Below are positions 38,513 to 51,325 of a stretch of DNA of 64,000 nucleotides, one piece after another (position 1 is the first letter of the stretch; every line of letters starts with the position of its first letter). This DNA comes from Mustelus asterias (Eukaryota). The notes beneath the pieces were generated by a model, which saw nothing but the letters and a program-made list of their open reading frames with translations, made no database searches and was not told the origin of the DNA. Both the position numbers and the translations under genes were made by a program. The stretch spans positions 62,001 through 126,000 of the forward strand of contig NW_027590818.1 of NCBI RefSeq assembly GCF_964213995.1, in the 5' to 3' direction.

Positions 38513-40468
38513 GAAACATGATCAAGATCATCTGAAACATGTCTAATTGTATTGCGTGCTCATAAAGACAGTCACAAGTGAAACTGTAACTGAACTAGAG
38601 GAAATGGCACAAACTTCCCAGAAGCATCTTTTAAAATTGTTCTTCATGATAAAGAAATGGGAAAAACACTCAGACAGATGAGGAAATCGAGAATCAGTGC
38701 GGACCTGCTGCACTTCCAACAGATGAACGATCCAGAATGCTTCACACACAAGTAAAGAGCGATCGAGTATAACTAACAGATCATTGTGAAATCTCTTCCC
38801 TTTTAAGATATTTGATTTCATTTAAAAACTAACTTTGGTCAATCTCAAATAAGCATCATGGGAGGTGTATTACTCAGTGACTCGAATTCATTTGTCAGTC
38901 AGTCATGTTTGCATTTCAATGGTTTATATTTCAGAGATATTCAATTCAGAATGAGGACATAGTGTTAATTAAATGTATAGATAGTAAATGTTGAATAAAG
39001 AACAAATACTGGAAAGAGCCGTTTGAAATTATTCAACGGAAGAGGAGAATGATGTATTAATGATTGTGCATATTCTATGATTCTATGATTTACAGCAGAA
39101 ATCATTGCTTCCTTAGACGTTTTCTGGATGAACGCTTTTAAGTTTTGAAATTCTAGATAAGTTGAGGCAGCACATTGAAAGTAACGGTTGTCTTCTTGTA
39201 TTGAGGTACATGGACTCTGATAGACACATGAATTGCAGAATCACAACCGCGGTCAGTAACTGGATGTTTCTTTTTATTCAACAACGAGATGTGGGTGTAG
39301 CTGGTTGTGACAGCAATATTACGCATCACTAATTGGTTCTTGAGAAGGTGGTGGTGAGCTGCCTTCTTGAACTGCTGCAGTCTATTGGTTTCGGTACATC
39401 CAAAGAGTTGTTGGGGGTGGGGGAGCGGGGGGGGGGGAACGTGGGGGAAGGGGTTCGTTATTCCAGGACCTTGTCCCAGTGACAGTGAAGGAACAGCGAT
39501 ATATTTCCAAGTCAGTGTGGTGATTAGCTTGGAGGGGAACTTCCAGATGGTAGCAGTCCTGGGTTTGAAAGCTGCTCTCTAAGATGGATTTGGTGAGCTC
39601 ATGCATCATCCAGACAAGTGGAGAATATTTCATCACACTCTTGACTTGTGCTTTGTAAATGGTGGACAGGTTTTAGAGACTCAGGAGGTGAATTCCTCAC
39701 CGCAGGATTCCCAGCCTCTGACCTGCTCTTGTAGCCACTGCACGAACTGATAAAATGTGTGCTGAGCCACAATATGAGCATTTCTTTTTGTGCTCAGTGT
39801 GTAGTGGATTTTCAGCACTTCTATTCATTTTTTTTCTGAATGCATCTTGAGGCATATGTAACAGCCAATGTCATACGCTTGTAAAATATTCTTTTCAAGT
39901 AATATTCAGTAAGAGGTCTCACAACACCAGCTTAATGTCAAACAGATTTATTTGGAATCACTCACCTGATGAAGGTACAGCGCTCCGAAAGCTCGAAATT
40001 CCAAATAAACGTGATGGACTTTAACCTGATGTGAGATTTTGTCCACCCCAGTCCAACGCCTGGCATCTCCACCTCAAGTCATATTCGAAATTGGTCCAGT
40101 GAGGGGAGTGGTTAGTGGTTGGTGTGGTGAACCATAGATGGTTACCACTATGGGTACTGAACCATAGATGGTTATCACTATGGGTACTTGTGCATATGTT
40201 ACTCTTGTTACTGTTGGGGTTAGGGTTGGGGTGTTCCACCTGTTGGTATTGTTCTGTGGTACACTCCGGTTGGCTCTGCCTACCTATAGGAGCATAAGGG
40301 TCACTGCGCTGCCTAGTGACCCTTTAGTCTGGGATTGTATTGTTAAGCAGTATGCACAATTCTTGTTACTAATAAAAGCCTTTATTTCCCGGGTACGATC
40401 CAGCCTCCTGAGTGAATTAATCGCGCATCAATTTTATTCGTAACAATTTTGGTTGGAAAAAAAAAACC

Positions 40469-41428
40469 ATGGAGCAAATGTTAAAACCCGATCGGCTCAC
40501 CTTAGATCCGCGTGCCGCTGGAGCGTCGAACACTTTCGACCATTGGTTGAAGTGTTTCCAGGATTATATCGACGCCTCAACAGCAATTCAAAACGACGCC
40601 GATAGATTGCGGGTCCTCCACGCAAGGGTAAGCGACACTGTGAATGCAACAATCCGTGATGCCCAAGACTACAAAGGGGCCATCGAACTAGTTAAGAAGC
40701 TGTACAACAAACCGCCAAACGAGATTCATACTCGGCACCTACTAGCCACTCGACGGCGGCAGCCCGGTGAAACGACGGGACAGTACCTGCGCGAACTTCA
40801 GCAGCTAGCCAGAGCCTGCAATTGCAAGCCAGTGCCGGCTACTCAATATACTAACGATTTGATCCGAGATGCGTTCGTGGCGGGAATCGGCTCATCCTAT
40901 ATTCGCCTGCGGCTGCTAGAGCAAGGTTACTTAGACCTAGCTAAGACGGTGGACTTGGCTGATGCGATGGAAACGGCCTCCAGAATTCTTGAAACTTACC
41001 CTACCGACCACGTGGGAACATCGTGGCAAGTACAGCCACCGACTCAACTCTACCCAGCGGCTCCTAGGAACTGTGCGATCATGCTTTCAGCCTCGGACCT
41101 GACGGCGGCAGCAGCTCCAGGTGGCCTGCGGTGCTATTTCTGTGGATTGGCAAAGCACCCTCGTCAGCGATGTCCGGCCAGAACGGTATTTTGCTCCGCG
41201 TGTGGGAAGAAAGGGCACTATGCTAAAGTGTGCCGAGCTAAACCACCTTCGAAGCCAAGCAGTGCGGCATGTGTCTCTCCAGGATCTGTCTCCTCGTCTC
41301 CGGCTTCGTCGAGGTCTTCAACCACGTGCGATTCACGAGCGCCGTCATTCCTGAGGACGACGACGCAAGACACGTGCGACCTGCGAGTGCCGCCACTTTC
41401 AACGCCATCGACCATGTGCGATCCATGA
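40469..41428 (+). CDS. gag: Gypsy Gag with two CCHC knuckles; the frame continues past a TGA into protease LFDSGSTE
   Basis: CYFCGLAKHPRQRC-PARTVF-CSACGKKGHYAKVC. Confidence 0.85.
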   Translation: MEQMLKPDRLTLDPRAAGASNTFDHWLKCFQDYIDASTAIQNDADRLRVLHARVSDTVNATIRDAQDYKGAIELVKKLYNKPPNEIHTRHLLATRRRQPGETTGQYLRELQQLARACNCKPVPATQYTNDLIRDAFVAGIGSSYIRLRLLEQGYLDLAKTVDLADAMETASRILETYPTDHVGTSWQVQPPTQLYPAAPRNCAIMLSASDLTAAAAPGGLRCYFCGLAKHPRQRCPARTVFCSACGKKGHYAKVCRAKPPSKPSSAACVSPGSVSSSPASSRSSTTCDSRAPSFLRTTTQDTCDLRVPPLSTPSTMCDP

Positions 41429-42089
41429 GCGCAGCCATTTTGGTCGACACCGACCGCAGACGACCAGCAGGGGTCATCATCATCGACCATCTCAGCTGCC
41501 TGCAGTTGCACTCAAGACTCAACGGTGGCGTCAATCACCCTGGACCAGGCCAAGCCTCACAGACTCGACAAGTCTATGATGAACATAGAAGTAAACGGAC
41601 GCCTGATACATTGTCTGTTTGACAGCGGGAGCACGGAGTTTCATTCATCCTGACACCATGAAACGGTGCAGTCTCCGAGTACAGACTGTCAGACAGACAA
41701 TTTCTATGGCGTCGAGGTCCCGATCTGTTACCGTTCTTGGGAACTGCGTGGTAAACGTAACGGTGCGGGGCACAGTTTATGAGAACTTCAGGCTCCTCGT
41801 GTTACCGCACCTTTGCGCTCCGATACTCCTGGGACTAGACTTTATGGTCCACCTGAGGAGTGCGACCCTGCAGTACGATGGGCCACTCCCTCCACTTTCA
41901 GTGGGAGAACAGCAGCCTCCAAATTGCCCAGCGCGCTCCACGTGCAGTCTCTCGACACTCAGAATCACCCTGCCATCTTTATTTGAGAATCTCGTGCCAG
42001 GCTGCAAGCCCATCGCAACGAAGAGCAGGCGTTACAGCGCTGAGGATCGGATCTTTATTCGATCTGAGGTTCAGCGGCTCCTCAGGGAA

Positions 42090-44169
42090 CCATAGAACCA
42101 TAGGAAATTACAGCTCAGAAACAGGCCTTTTGGCCCTTCTTGTCTGTGCCGAACCATTTTATGCCTAGTCCCACTGACCTGCACTTGGACCATATCCCTC
42201 CACACCCCTCTCATCCATGAACCCATCCAAGTTTTCCTTAAATGTTAAAAGTGACCCCGCATTTACCACTTTATCCGGCAGCTCATTCCACACTCCCACC
42301 ACTCTCTGCGTGAAGAAGCCCCCCCTAATATTCCCTTTAAACTTTTCTCCTTTCACCCTTCACCCATGCCCTCTGGTGTATTTCTCCCCTAGCCTCAGCG
42401 GAAAACGCCTGCTTGCATTCACTCTATCCATACCCATTAAAATCTTATACACCACTATCAAATCTCCCCTCTATCTTCTACGCTCCAGGGAATAAAGTCC
42501 CAACCTATTCAATCTCTCTCTGTAACTCAGCTTTTCAAGTCCCGGCAACATCCTTGTGAACCTTCTCTGCACTCTTTCAATCTTATTTCCATCCTTCCTT
42601 TAACTAGGTGACCAAAACTGTACACAATACTCCAAATTCGGCCTCACCAATGCCTTATATAACCTTACCATAACACTCCAATTTTTATACTCGATACTCC
42701 GATTTATAAAGGCCAATGTACCAAAGGCACTCTTTACGACCTTATCCACCTGTGACGTCACTTTTAGGGAATTCTGTACCTGTATTCCCAGATCCCTCTG
42801 TTCAACTGCACTCTTCAGAGTCCTACCATTTAGCCTGTACGTTCTTCTTTGGCTTGTCCTTCCAAAGTGCAATATCTCACACTTGTCTGCGTTAAATTCC
42901 ATTTGCCATTTTTCAGCCCATTTTTCTAGTTGGTCCAAATCCCTCTGCAAGCTTTGAAAACCTTCCTCACTGTCCACTACACCTCCAATCTTTGTATCAT
43001 CAGCAAACTTGCTGATCCAATTTACCACATTATCATCCAGATCATTGTTATAGATGACAAACACCAATGGACCCAACACCGATCCCTGCGGCACACCACT
43101 AGTCACAGGCCTCCACTCAGAGAAGCAATCCTCCACAACCACTCTCTGGCTTCTTCCATTGAGCCAGTGTCTAATCCAATTTACTACCTCCCCATGTATA
43201 CCTAGCGACTGAACCTTCCTAACTAACCTCCCATGAGGGACCTTGTCAAAGGCCTTGCTGAAATCCAGTGAGACAACATCCACCTCCTTCCCTTCATCCA
43301 CTTTCCTGGTAACCTCCTCGGAAAACTCACATAGATTGGTCAAACATGACCTACCACGCACAAAGCCATGTTGACTCTCCCTAATAAGTCCCTGTCTATC
43401 CAAATATTTGTAGATCCTATCCCTTATCACACCTTCTAATAACTTGCCCACCACCGACGTCAGACTTACTGGCCGATAATTTCCCGGATTTCTTTTGGAA
43501 CCTTTTTTAAACAACGGAACAACATGAGCAACCCTCTAATCATCCGGCACCTCTCCCGTGCATACTGACATTTTAAATATGTCTGCCAGGGCCCCTGCAA
43601 GTTCAACACTAGCTTCGCTCAAGGTCCGTGGGAATACCCTGTCCGGTCCTGGGGATTTATCCACTCTGATTTGCCTCAAGACAGCGAGCACCTCCTCCTC
43701 TTTAATCTGTAAAGGTTCCATGACCTCCCTACCTGTTTGCCCTGTTTCCGTAGACTCCATGCCCGTTTCCTCAGTAAAAACGGATGCAAAAAAACCATTT
43801 AGTATCTCCACCATCTCTTTTGGTTCCATACACAGTCTACCACTCTGGTCTTCAAGAGGACCAATTTTATCCCTCACTATCCTTTTGCTCCTAACATACC
43901 TATAGAAGCTCTTTGGATTTTCCTTCACTCTGTCTGCAAAAGCAACCTCATGTCTTCTTTTAGCCCTCCTGATTTCCCTCTTAAGTAGCTTCTTGCACTT
44001 TTTATACTCCTCGAGCATCTGATGTGTTCCTTGCTGCTTGTACATTTCATACAACTCTCTCTTCCTCTTAATCAGTGTTACAATCTCCCTCGAGAACCAA
44101 GGTTCCTTATTCCTATTTACTTTGCCTTTAATCCTGACAGGAACATACAAACTCTGTACTCTCAAAATT
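42090..44169 (-). mobile_element. CR1/HER1 LINE (2.1 kb, RT domain) inserted into the Gypsy pol
   Basis: NYRPVSLTSVVGK, GVPQGSVLGP, KFADDTK; splits Gypsy LLRE|GIIQP. Confidence 0.93.
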
Positions 44170-46545
44170 GGGATCATTCAACCTCGCACTAGCCCATGGA
44201 GAGCACAAGTCGTGGTGGTTAAGACTGGAGACAAGCCCCGGATGGTCAGAGACTATAGTCAGACCATTAATAGGTACATGCAGCTGGACACGTACCCTCT
44301 CCCGCGCATATCTGACATGGTCAACCAGATTGCGCAGTACCGGGTGTTCTCCACCATTGACTTGAAGTCAGCCTATGACCAGCTCCCCATTCGCCCAGAG
44401 GACCGAAAATATACGGCCTTTGCGGCGGATGGTCGTCTCTATCACTTCTTAAGGGTCCCCTTTGGCGTCACGAATGGGGTCTAGGTCTTCCAGCGTGCAA
44501 TGGACCGAATGGTGGACCAAAACGGGCTACGGGCTACCTTCCCGTACCTGGACAACGTCACTATCTGCGGCCATGACCAGCAGGACCACGATGCCAACCT
44601 CCTAAAGTTTTTACGCACTGCGTCTCGCCTGAATCTGACCCAGAACAGGGAGAAGTCTGTATTCAGCAAGCGCCGCCGAGCAATTCTCAGATACGTGGTG
44701 GAAAACGGGGTCCTTGGCCCTGATCCAGACCGTATGCGTCCCCTCCTTGAACTCCCCCTACCCACTAGTGTCAAAGCACTGAGAAGATGCTTAGGCTTCT
44801 TTTCATATTAAGCACAGTGGGTTCCCAATTATGCGGATAAAGCCCGTCCGCTCATACAGTCTACCTCTTTTCCCCTGGCAGCAGAGGCTCGTTTAGCCTT
44901 TGAAGGGATAAAAGCTGACATCGCGAAAGCCACGATGCACGCTGTCGATGAGTCCATCCCCTTCCAGGTGGAGAGTGCTGCATCTGATTTCGCCCTGGCC
45001 GCCAAACTTAACCAGGCGGGCAGGCCCATCGCCTTTTTCTCTCGCACCCTCCAAGGCCCTGAAATTCGGCACTCCGCTGTGGAAAACGAGGCTCAGGCCA
45101 TTGTGGAGGCCGTCCGGCATTGGCGCCATTACTTGGGTGGAAAACGATTTACCCTGTTCACGGACCAGCGGTCCGTGGCATTCATGTTCAACAACACGTT
45201 AAGGGGTAAGATCAAAAATGATAAAATCCTGAGGTGGAGAATCGAACTCTCCACCTACAACTATGATACCATGTAATGTCCGGGGAAGCTCAATGAGCCC
45301 TCTGATGCCCTGTCACGTGGAACATATGCCAGTGTGCAGGAGGACCAGCTACAGGCCCTCCACAATGATCTCTGCCATCTGGGGATCACTCGGCTCTTCC
45401 ATTTTGTAAAGGCCCGGAATCTACCCTACTCCGTAGAGGATGTCAGGTCGATAACTCAAAGCTGCCAGGTATGTGCTGAATGCAAGCAGCACTTCTACCG
45501 ACCTGATAGGGCACACCTCATTAAGGCCACTCGCCCTTTTGAACGACTGAGTGTTGATTTCAAGGGCTCCCTTCCTTCGACAGATCGGAATGTGTACTTC
45601 CTCAACGTGGTTGACGAGTACTCCCGATTCCCTTTTGCCATTCCCTGTTCAGACATGACCGCTGCCACGGTTATCAAAGCCTTGCGGGATCTTTTCACCC
45701 TGTTTGGTTACCTCAGTTATATCCACAGTGATAGGGGTTCGTCGTTTATGAGTAACGACTTGAGGCAATACCTGCTCTCTAAAGGGGTTGCCTCAAGTAG
45801 GACTACGAGTTACAACCCCAGGGGTAATGGGCAGGTCGAAAGAGAAAACGCTACAGTCTGCAAGGCTGTATTACTGGCGTTGAGGTCTAAGGGTCTTCCA
45901 GCCTCCCGTTGGCAAAAGGTACTTTCTGATGCGCTCCATTCAATCCGGTCCCTCCTGTGTATGGCAACCAACGCTACCCCACATGAGCGGATGTTTACCT
46001 TCCCCAGGAAGTCTTTCTCTGGGACCTCACTGCCGTCTTGGTTGACGTACTCAGGACCTGTCCTCCTGCGGTGGCATGTTAGGACCCGCAAGTCCCACCC
46101 TTTGGTTGAACAGGTCCATCTCCTCCACGCCAACCCTCAATATGCCTATGTACCATATCCTGACGGGCGAGAGGACATGGTCTCTATTCGAGATCTGGCG
46201 CCTGCAGGGGACCTGGAATCCCTCGTCGCTCCCGCACCCCTGGTTAGGGACCCCTTGCCCTTTATCTCTCCTCCTGACACGGCGCGGGCAGTATCGGGAC
46301 CACCACTTAATCCTCTTACTCCCGTGTACAGCTTGACTGAGTCCAGGAGATTGTCGCCACCTCGGGGCTTTCCTGAGTCCAGGAGATTGTCGCCACCTCG
46401 TGGTCCACCCGTCCGTGAGGAACTGGAGGAGTCACTGGACACTGCCTTGGAGAGAGGGTCATCACGGTCACCAGAACCGGCGCTACCGCCAGTGTTGAGG
46501 AGGTCACAGAGACGGTGCAGCCCTCCGATACGACTGAACTTGTGA
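44170..46545 (+). pseudogene. pol: Gypsy pol remainder: RT (YLDN), RNase H, integrase (45334-46545)
   Basis: RVPFGVTNG, FPYLDNVTI, FTDQRS, HHCC and VDFKG/HSDRG/GQVER motifs; several in-frame stops. Confidence 0.9.
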
Positions 46546-47123
46546 ATATATGGACAGTTCGTACTGTTTTATTTGCCCCACCGGCCTTTGTTTTTAAAGG
46601 AGGGGTGAATGTGGTGAACCATAGATGGTTACCACTATGGGTACTGAACCATAGATGGTTATCACTATGGGTACTTGTACATATGTTACTCTTGTTACTG
46701 TTGGGGTTAGGGTTGGGGTGTTCCACCTGTTGGTATTGTTCTGTGGTACACTCCGGTTGGCTCCGCCTACCTATAGGAGTATAAAGGTCACTGCGCTGCC
46801 TAGTGACCCTTTAGCCTGGGATTGTATTGTTAAGCAGTATGCTCCATTCTTGTTACTAATAAAAGCCTTTATTTCCCGGGTACGATCCAGCCTCCCGAGT
46901 GAATTAATCGTGCATCAGTTGGGCAGTGTTATTTTCTTTAATCGCAACACGGCAGATTAACTCAGCAACTCAATTCAAGGGCAATTAGGAATGACTGTAA
47001 ATGAATAAAGAAAATCACAATGGTGGAGCCTATCGTCACAAGTAAACAAATAATTTTGACAAAGCTTCTGCCGTATTCTGAAGCATCGACCCAATATGGA
47101 ACAACTGCCGCAAGTTTGTACAT

Positions 47124-47194
47124 GGGCTAGTGGCGCATTGGATAACGTGTCTGATTGGATCAAATGGTTCCAGGTTCGACTTCTGGCTTGCTCG
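47124..47194 (+). pseudogene. tRNA-Arg(ACG)-derived pseudogene, paralogue of 32356
   Basis: GGGCTAGTGGCGCATTGGATAACGTGTCTGA...CCAGGTTCGACTTCTGGCTTGCTCG; anticodon loop partly deleted; flanks homologous to 31.9-33.0 kb. Confidence 0.8.
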
Positions 47195-49145
47195 ATGCAA
47201 CTTTAAAAAAAGTTTACAAGTTCCATGTTACTTTCGATGACTGTCTTTAATAACTTTAGTTTGACTCAGATAAATGCTGACGAACTTCAGTTTGCTTCTC
47301 TCGAGAGATTTATCTAAGGTAATTGTTTTTCAACAGAAACCGACTATTTAAAGTTAAATTCTACTGAAAGATTAGCCTTAAACATATTTAAACGAGTTTT
47401 TTTTCACGAACTTTTGTTATATTGTTTGGAAAACATTTTGATAAGTTTAAGCTATCTTCTAAAAAGTTGGAGCCGTCTAGATGATGGTATGGAAAAGTTA
47501 TTTTGGAAAATACTGAAACTAGTTTCCAAAAAGTTGACCAACACTTGTCAAATTCGAGGGAAGAATTTGTTTCAAGTATGTTTAGTGCGAAGAAGTTCAC
47601 AAGATATATTCAGTTCGATAGCAGTTTTTCAAAAGTTGACCAATTCTAGTTAAACCCCATAGAGAAATATCTGTGAATAAGTCTCGTTTTGAAACGTTCA
47701 CAAATTAGCCAGAAGGTCGAGATGCTGTAGTTCTTCTCGAATGGAGCGGAGGAGATTGAGGAGAAATGTAATCGAGGTGGATGAGAGTAGGACAGGGTTT
47801 TCTCAGGTAGATAAAGGAAAGATGTTCCCATTCGCTGGTGGTGCTAACGGAAGATAGGCTGGGGTATGGAAGGGGTCATTTTTTTAAGATTATGGGCAAT
47901 GGACGAAGGGGGTGAGGGCGATGGAGGAGGAACATTTTTCCACAGTGAGTACTAAGCATCCAGAACACTTTGCCTCTCACAGTGGTGGACGGGGCTCTTT
48001 TAGATAAATAGAAATTCTGAGGCCGGAATGATGACCTCTTGAGAAAGAAAATGGATCTCCAGGAACATTATGGGGCAGCTAAATGGAACTCCTCCATTCA
48101 ATTTAACCTGTAAAGGCACCCACTGCTGTGGTGTTCGTTAAGAACCTCGCTGATGTTAAATGTGAGGGTACCCCAAAGTACAGAAGGATTAATTGGAACA
48201 CCAATTTTTAATTGTGGAAATTTTCAATTTGACACAATGTATATCAAAAAGGAAATGAGTGAGACATGGTCCAACCTTGTTGCAAATAATTAATAATGGA
48301 TAGTTATTAAATTTAAGGCAGGCACACAGCAAGAAAGGCATTTCAGCGGGGCCCTTAACTTCAATAATGGCTACACACACAAAGTATCTCATGAGGTTGA
48401 CCCCTTTTCCTAGCTGTCCAGGTTCCTGACCTCTGAGAACTGCCCCTCTCCCGAACATCATTCGAAATTATAAAATGCAAATTATAGTGACCACCCACGG
48501 GTTATTTTCCAATTTGGAAAAACTTTCTTCAGTCCAGTGTAGCAGTTCTTCTCTGTTAAAGTTTCTTTTTAAACAGCAGTACATTGCCTTTTTGCAGAGC
48601 CTGCTTTTTCCAGCTGGCTGCTGCTTTTGGTAGTCGCTCTTCCTCTCCTCCTGTACTCAGCTCCCATGGCTATAGTTTCCATTCCTTTTGATGTTGTGCT
48701 TTCTTAATTACACCTCTTCATTTCAATCCATAGCGACTCACGTAACCATTTGTTTGCCTGCTGCTTCACTAATTCGCATATCAAAAACCCCTTCAGACAG
48801 TGTACTTTTTAAAATCCAATCCTTCAATTTATTTTATCCAAAGTTGAATTTAAATCTTTATATTTATAAATCTTGTAATGTTCTGGGGACGAAAGTTGGG
48901 GGTGGCCTCCATTCTGAATTGGAGATGCAGGCCAACACCTTGTTCAGGGGAGTCCTGACATCTGTACGTTCTTCCGGCCTGGGTGAAAGATTTTGGTCGC
49001 AATTACGCTGCGAACGACAGCGGAGAAATTGGTGCTCAGCGAAATCTACGTTTACTGCAACGGGACTGGAGAAATCCAGCTGTGGTCGAGAAACTCGTGT
49101 CATAGCATTCTGCATCCACCTGGTGGCAGTTAGATCACAGCTACA

Positions 49146-50650
49146 GAAACATAGAAACATAGAAAAACTACAGCACAAAACAGGCCCTTCGGCCCCACAA
49201 GTTGTGCCGAACATATCCCTACCTTTTAGACCTACCTATAACCCTCCATCCTATTAAGTCCCATGTACTCATCCAGGAGTCTCTTAAAAGACCCTATTGA
49301 GTTTCCCTCCACCACCACTGACGGCACCCAATTCCATTCGCCCACCACCCACTGTATGAAAAACTTCCCCCGAACATTTCCCCTGTACCTACACACCTTA
49401 AACCTGTGTCCTCTGGTAGCAGCCATTTCCACCCTGGAAAAAGCCTCTGAGAGTCCACCCGATCTATGCCTCTCAACATCTTATATACCTCGATTAGGTC
49501 TCCTCTCATCCTACGTCTCTCCAAATGGAAAAGACCGAGCTCCCTCAGCCTATCCTCATGAGGAATGCCACTCAATCCAGGCAACATCCTCGTAAATCTC
49601 CTCGGCACTCTTTCAATCTTTTCCAAATCCTTCCTGTAATGAGGCGACCAGAACTGAGCACAGTACTCCAAGTGGGGTCTGGCGAGGGTCTTATATAGCT
49701 GCATCATTATCCCCGGACTCCTAAACTCAATCCCTCGATTGATAAAGGCCAGCACACCATACGCCTTCTTAACCACCTCCTCCACCTGCGGGGCGGATTT
49801 TAGATTCCTATGGACCCGGACCCCAAGGTCCTTCTGATCCTCTACAGTACTAAGAGTCTTTCCCTTTATATTGTACTCCTTCATCCCATTTGACCTGCCA
49901 AAATGGACCACTACGCATTTATCTGGGTTGAAGTCCATCTGCCACTTCTCCGCCCAGTCTTGCATCACATCTATGTCCCTCTGTAACATCTGACATCCCT
50001 CCAGACTATCCACAACCCCACCAACCTTCGTGTCGTCGGCAAACTTACCAACGCATCCCTCCACTTCCTCTTACAGGCCATTTATGAAAATGACAAACAG
50101 CAAGGGTCCCAGAACAGATCCCTGGGGCATTCCACTGGTGACCGAACTCCATTTAGAAAAAGACCCATCTATACCCACTCTCTGCCTCCTTTGGGCAAGC
50201 CGGTTCTGGATCCACAGGGCAGCAGCCCTTTGGATCCCATGCCCCCTCACTATTTCTAGACGCCTTGAATGGGGGACCTTATCGAACGCCTTGCTAAAAT
50301 GCATACAAACTACATCTACCGCTTTCCCTTCGTCAATGTGTTTGTTCACATTTTCGAAGAACTCCACCAGGCTCGTAAGGCACGATCTGCCTTTGACAAA
50401 GCCATGCTGAGTATTCTTGAGCATACTAAACCTCTCTAAATGCTCATAAATCTTGTCCCTCGGGATCTTCTCCATCAGCTTACCAACCACTGAGGTTAGA
50501 CTCACCGGTCGGTAATTTCCTGGGCTATCCCTATTCCCCTTCTTGAAAATAGGAACCACATCCACAATCCTCCAATCCTCCGGCACATCTCCCGTCTCTA
50601 TCGACGACGCAAAGCTCATCGCCCGAGGCTCTGCAATCTCTTCCCTCGCC
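49146..50650 (-). mobile_element. CR1/HER1 LINE fragment (RT + C-terminus)
   Basis: NYRPVSLTSVVGK, PQGSVLGP, KFADDTK, ERRRMRGDLIEVYK; frameshifts; CATAGAAA tail. Confidence 0.92.
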
Positions 50651-51325
50651 TTGTAAATCTTGGGTGAGTTGATGTTCTTTCACCGACAGGATTAAATATT
50701 TCCTGGTGGGATCAGTCATTCAGTGAGTGCACTCAAACCAGCAAGCTAACTATCTTTACTGAGGTCTGTGATTCATTTCCTGGGGCCACTGATCTTATTC
50801 CACTCATGTGTGATTATATTTAGTGGGGCCACTGATAAAATATAATCACACATTAGAAATAGAATAAGATGATGTTAAAGTGCATTTTTGTTTCTCTGCC
50901 TTTGTCTCAGGCCCTGTCTCGCTCTCTCTCTTATTATCTCCCTATTTTTCCCTCTCCCCCTTCTCTATATTCTTCTCTTACTTTCTTCTTTTCTATTTTT
51001 CTGATCCTAACTCTCAGAGAGTCTTTCTTTAACTCTCTGCGTCCACCTTGACGTCCAGCGCGCTACCTCTTTGTGTCTCACGGCTTTTTGCTCCCTTTTT
51101 TCGCTGTCGCTCTATCTTCCTGTTTATTTTTCCTTGCTTTTCTCTCACCCTATTTTGTCAGGAGCTCAATCATTCAGAATGCCTTTTCACATCGATTATC
51201 TCTATTTTCGACTACATTCACACAGCAATAAACGGTCTCGGTCTGATTCTGCAGCTGCCAGAGGTGAAGGTTCAGAGTTCACACAGTGAACTCCTATCAC
51301 TCGGCTGATGTTGCAGTCCAGTGGT

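Larger units (their letters stand above)
40123..46917 (+). mobile_element. Ty3/Gypsy (Mag-like) LTR retrotransposon, complete but decayed
   Basis: 308-bp LTRs at 40123-40430 and 46610-46917 (TG...CA, ~9 differences); 5-bp TSD GTTGG (40118-40122 / 46918-46922); PPT AAAGGAGGGGTGAA; domain order gag-PR-RT-RH-IN. Confidence 0.96.

Noticed and set aside
48380-49140. Coding-looking minus-strand sequence (SRLCKKAMY, TKIFHP)
   Set aside because: Multiple stops; the short motifs are not enough to name a family without a search.
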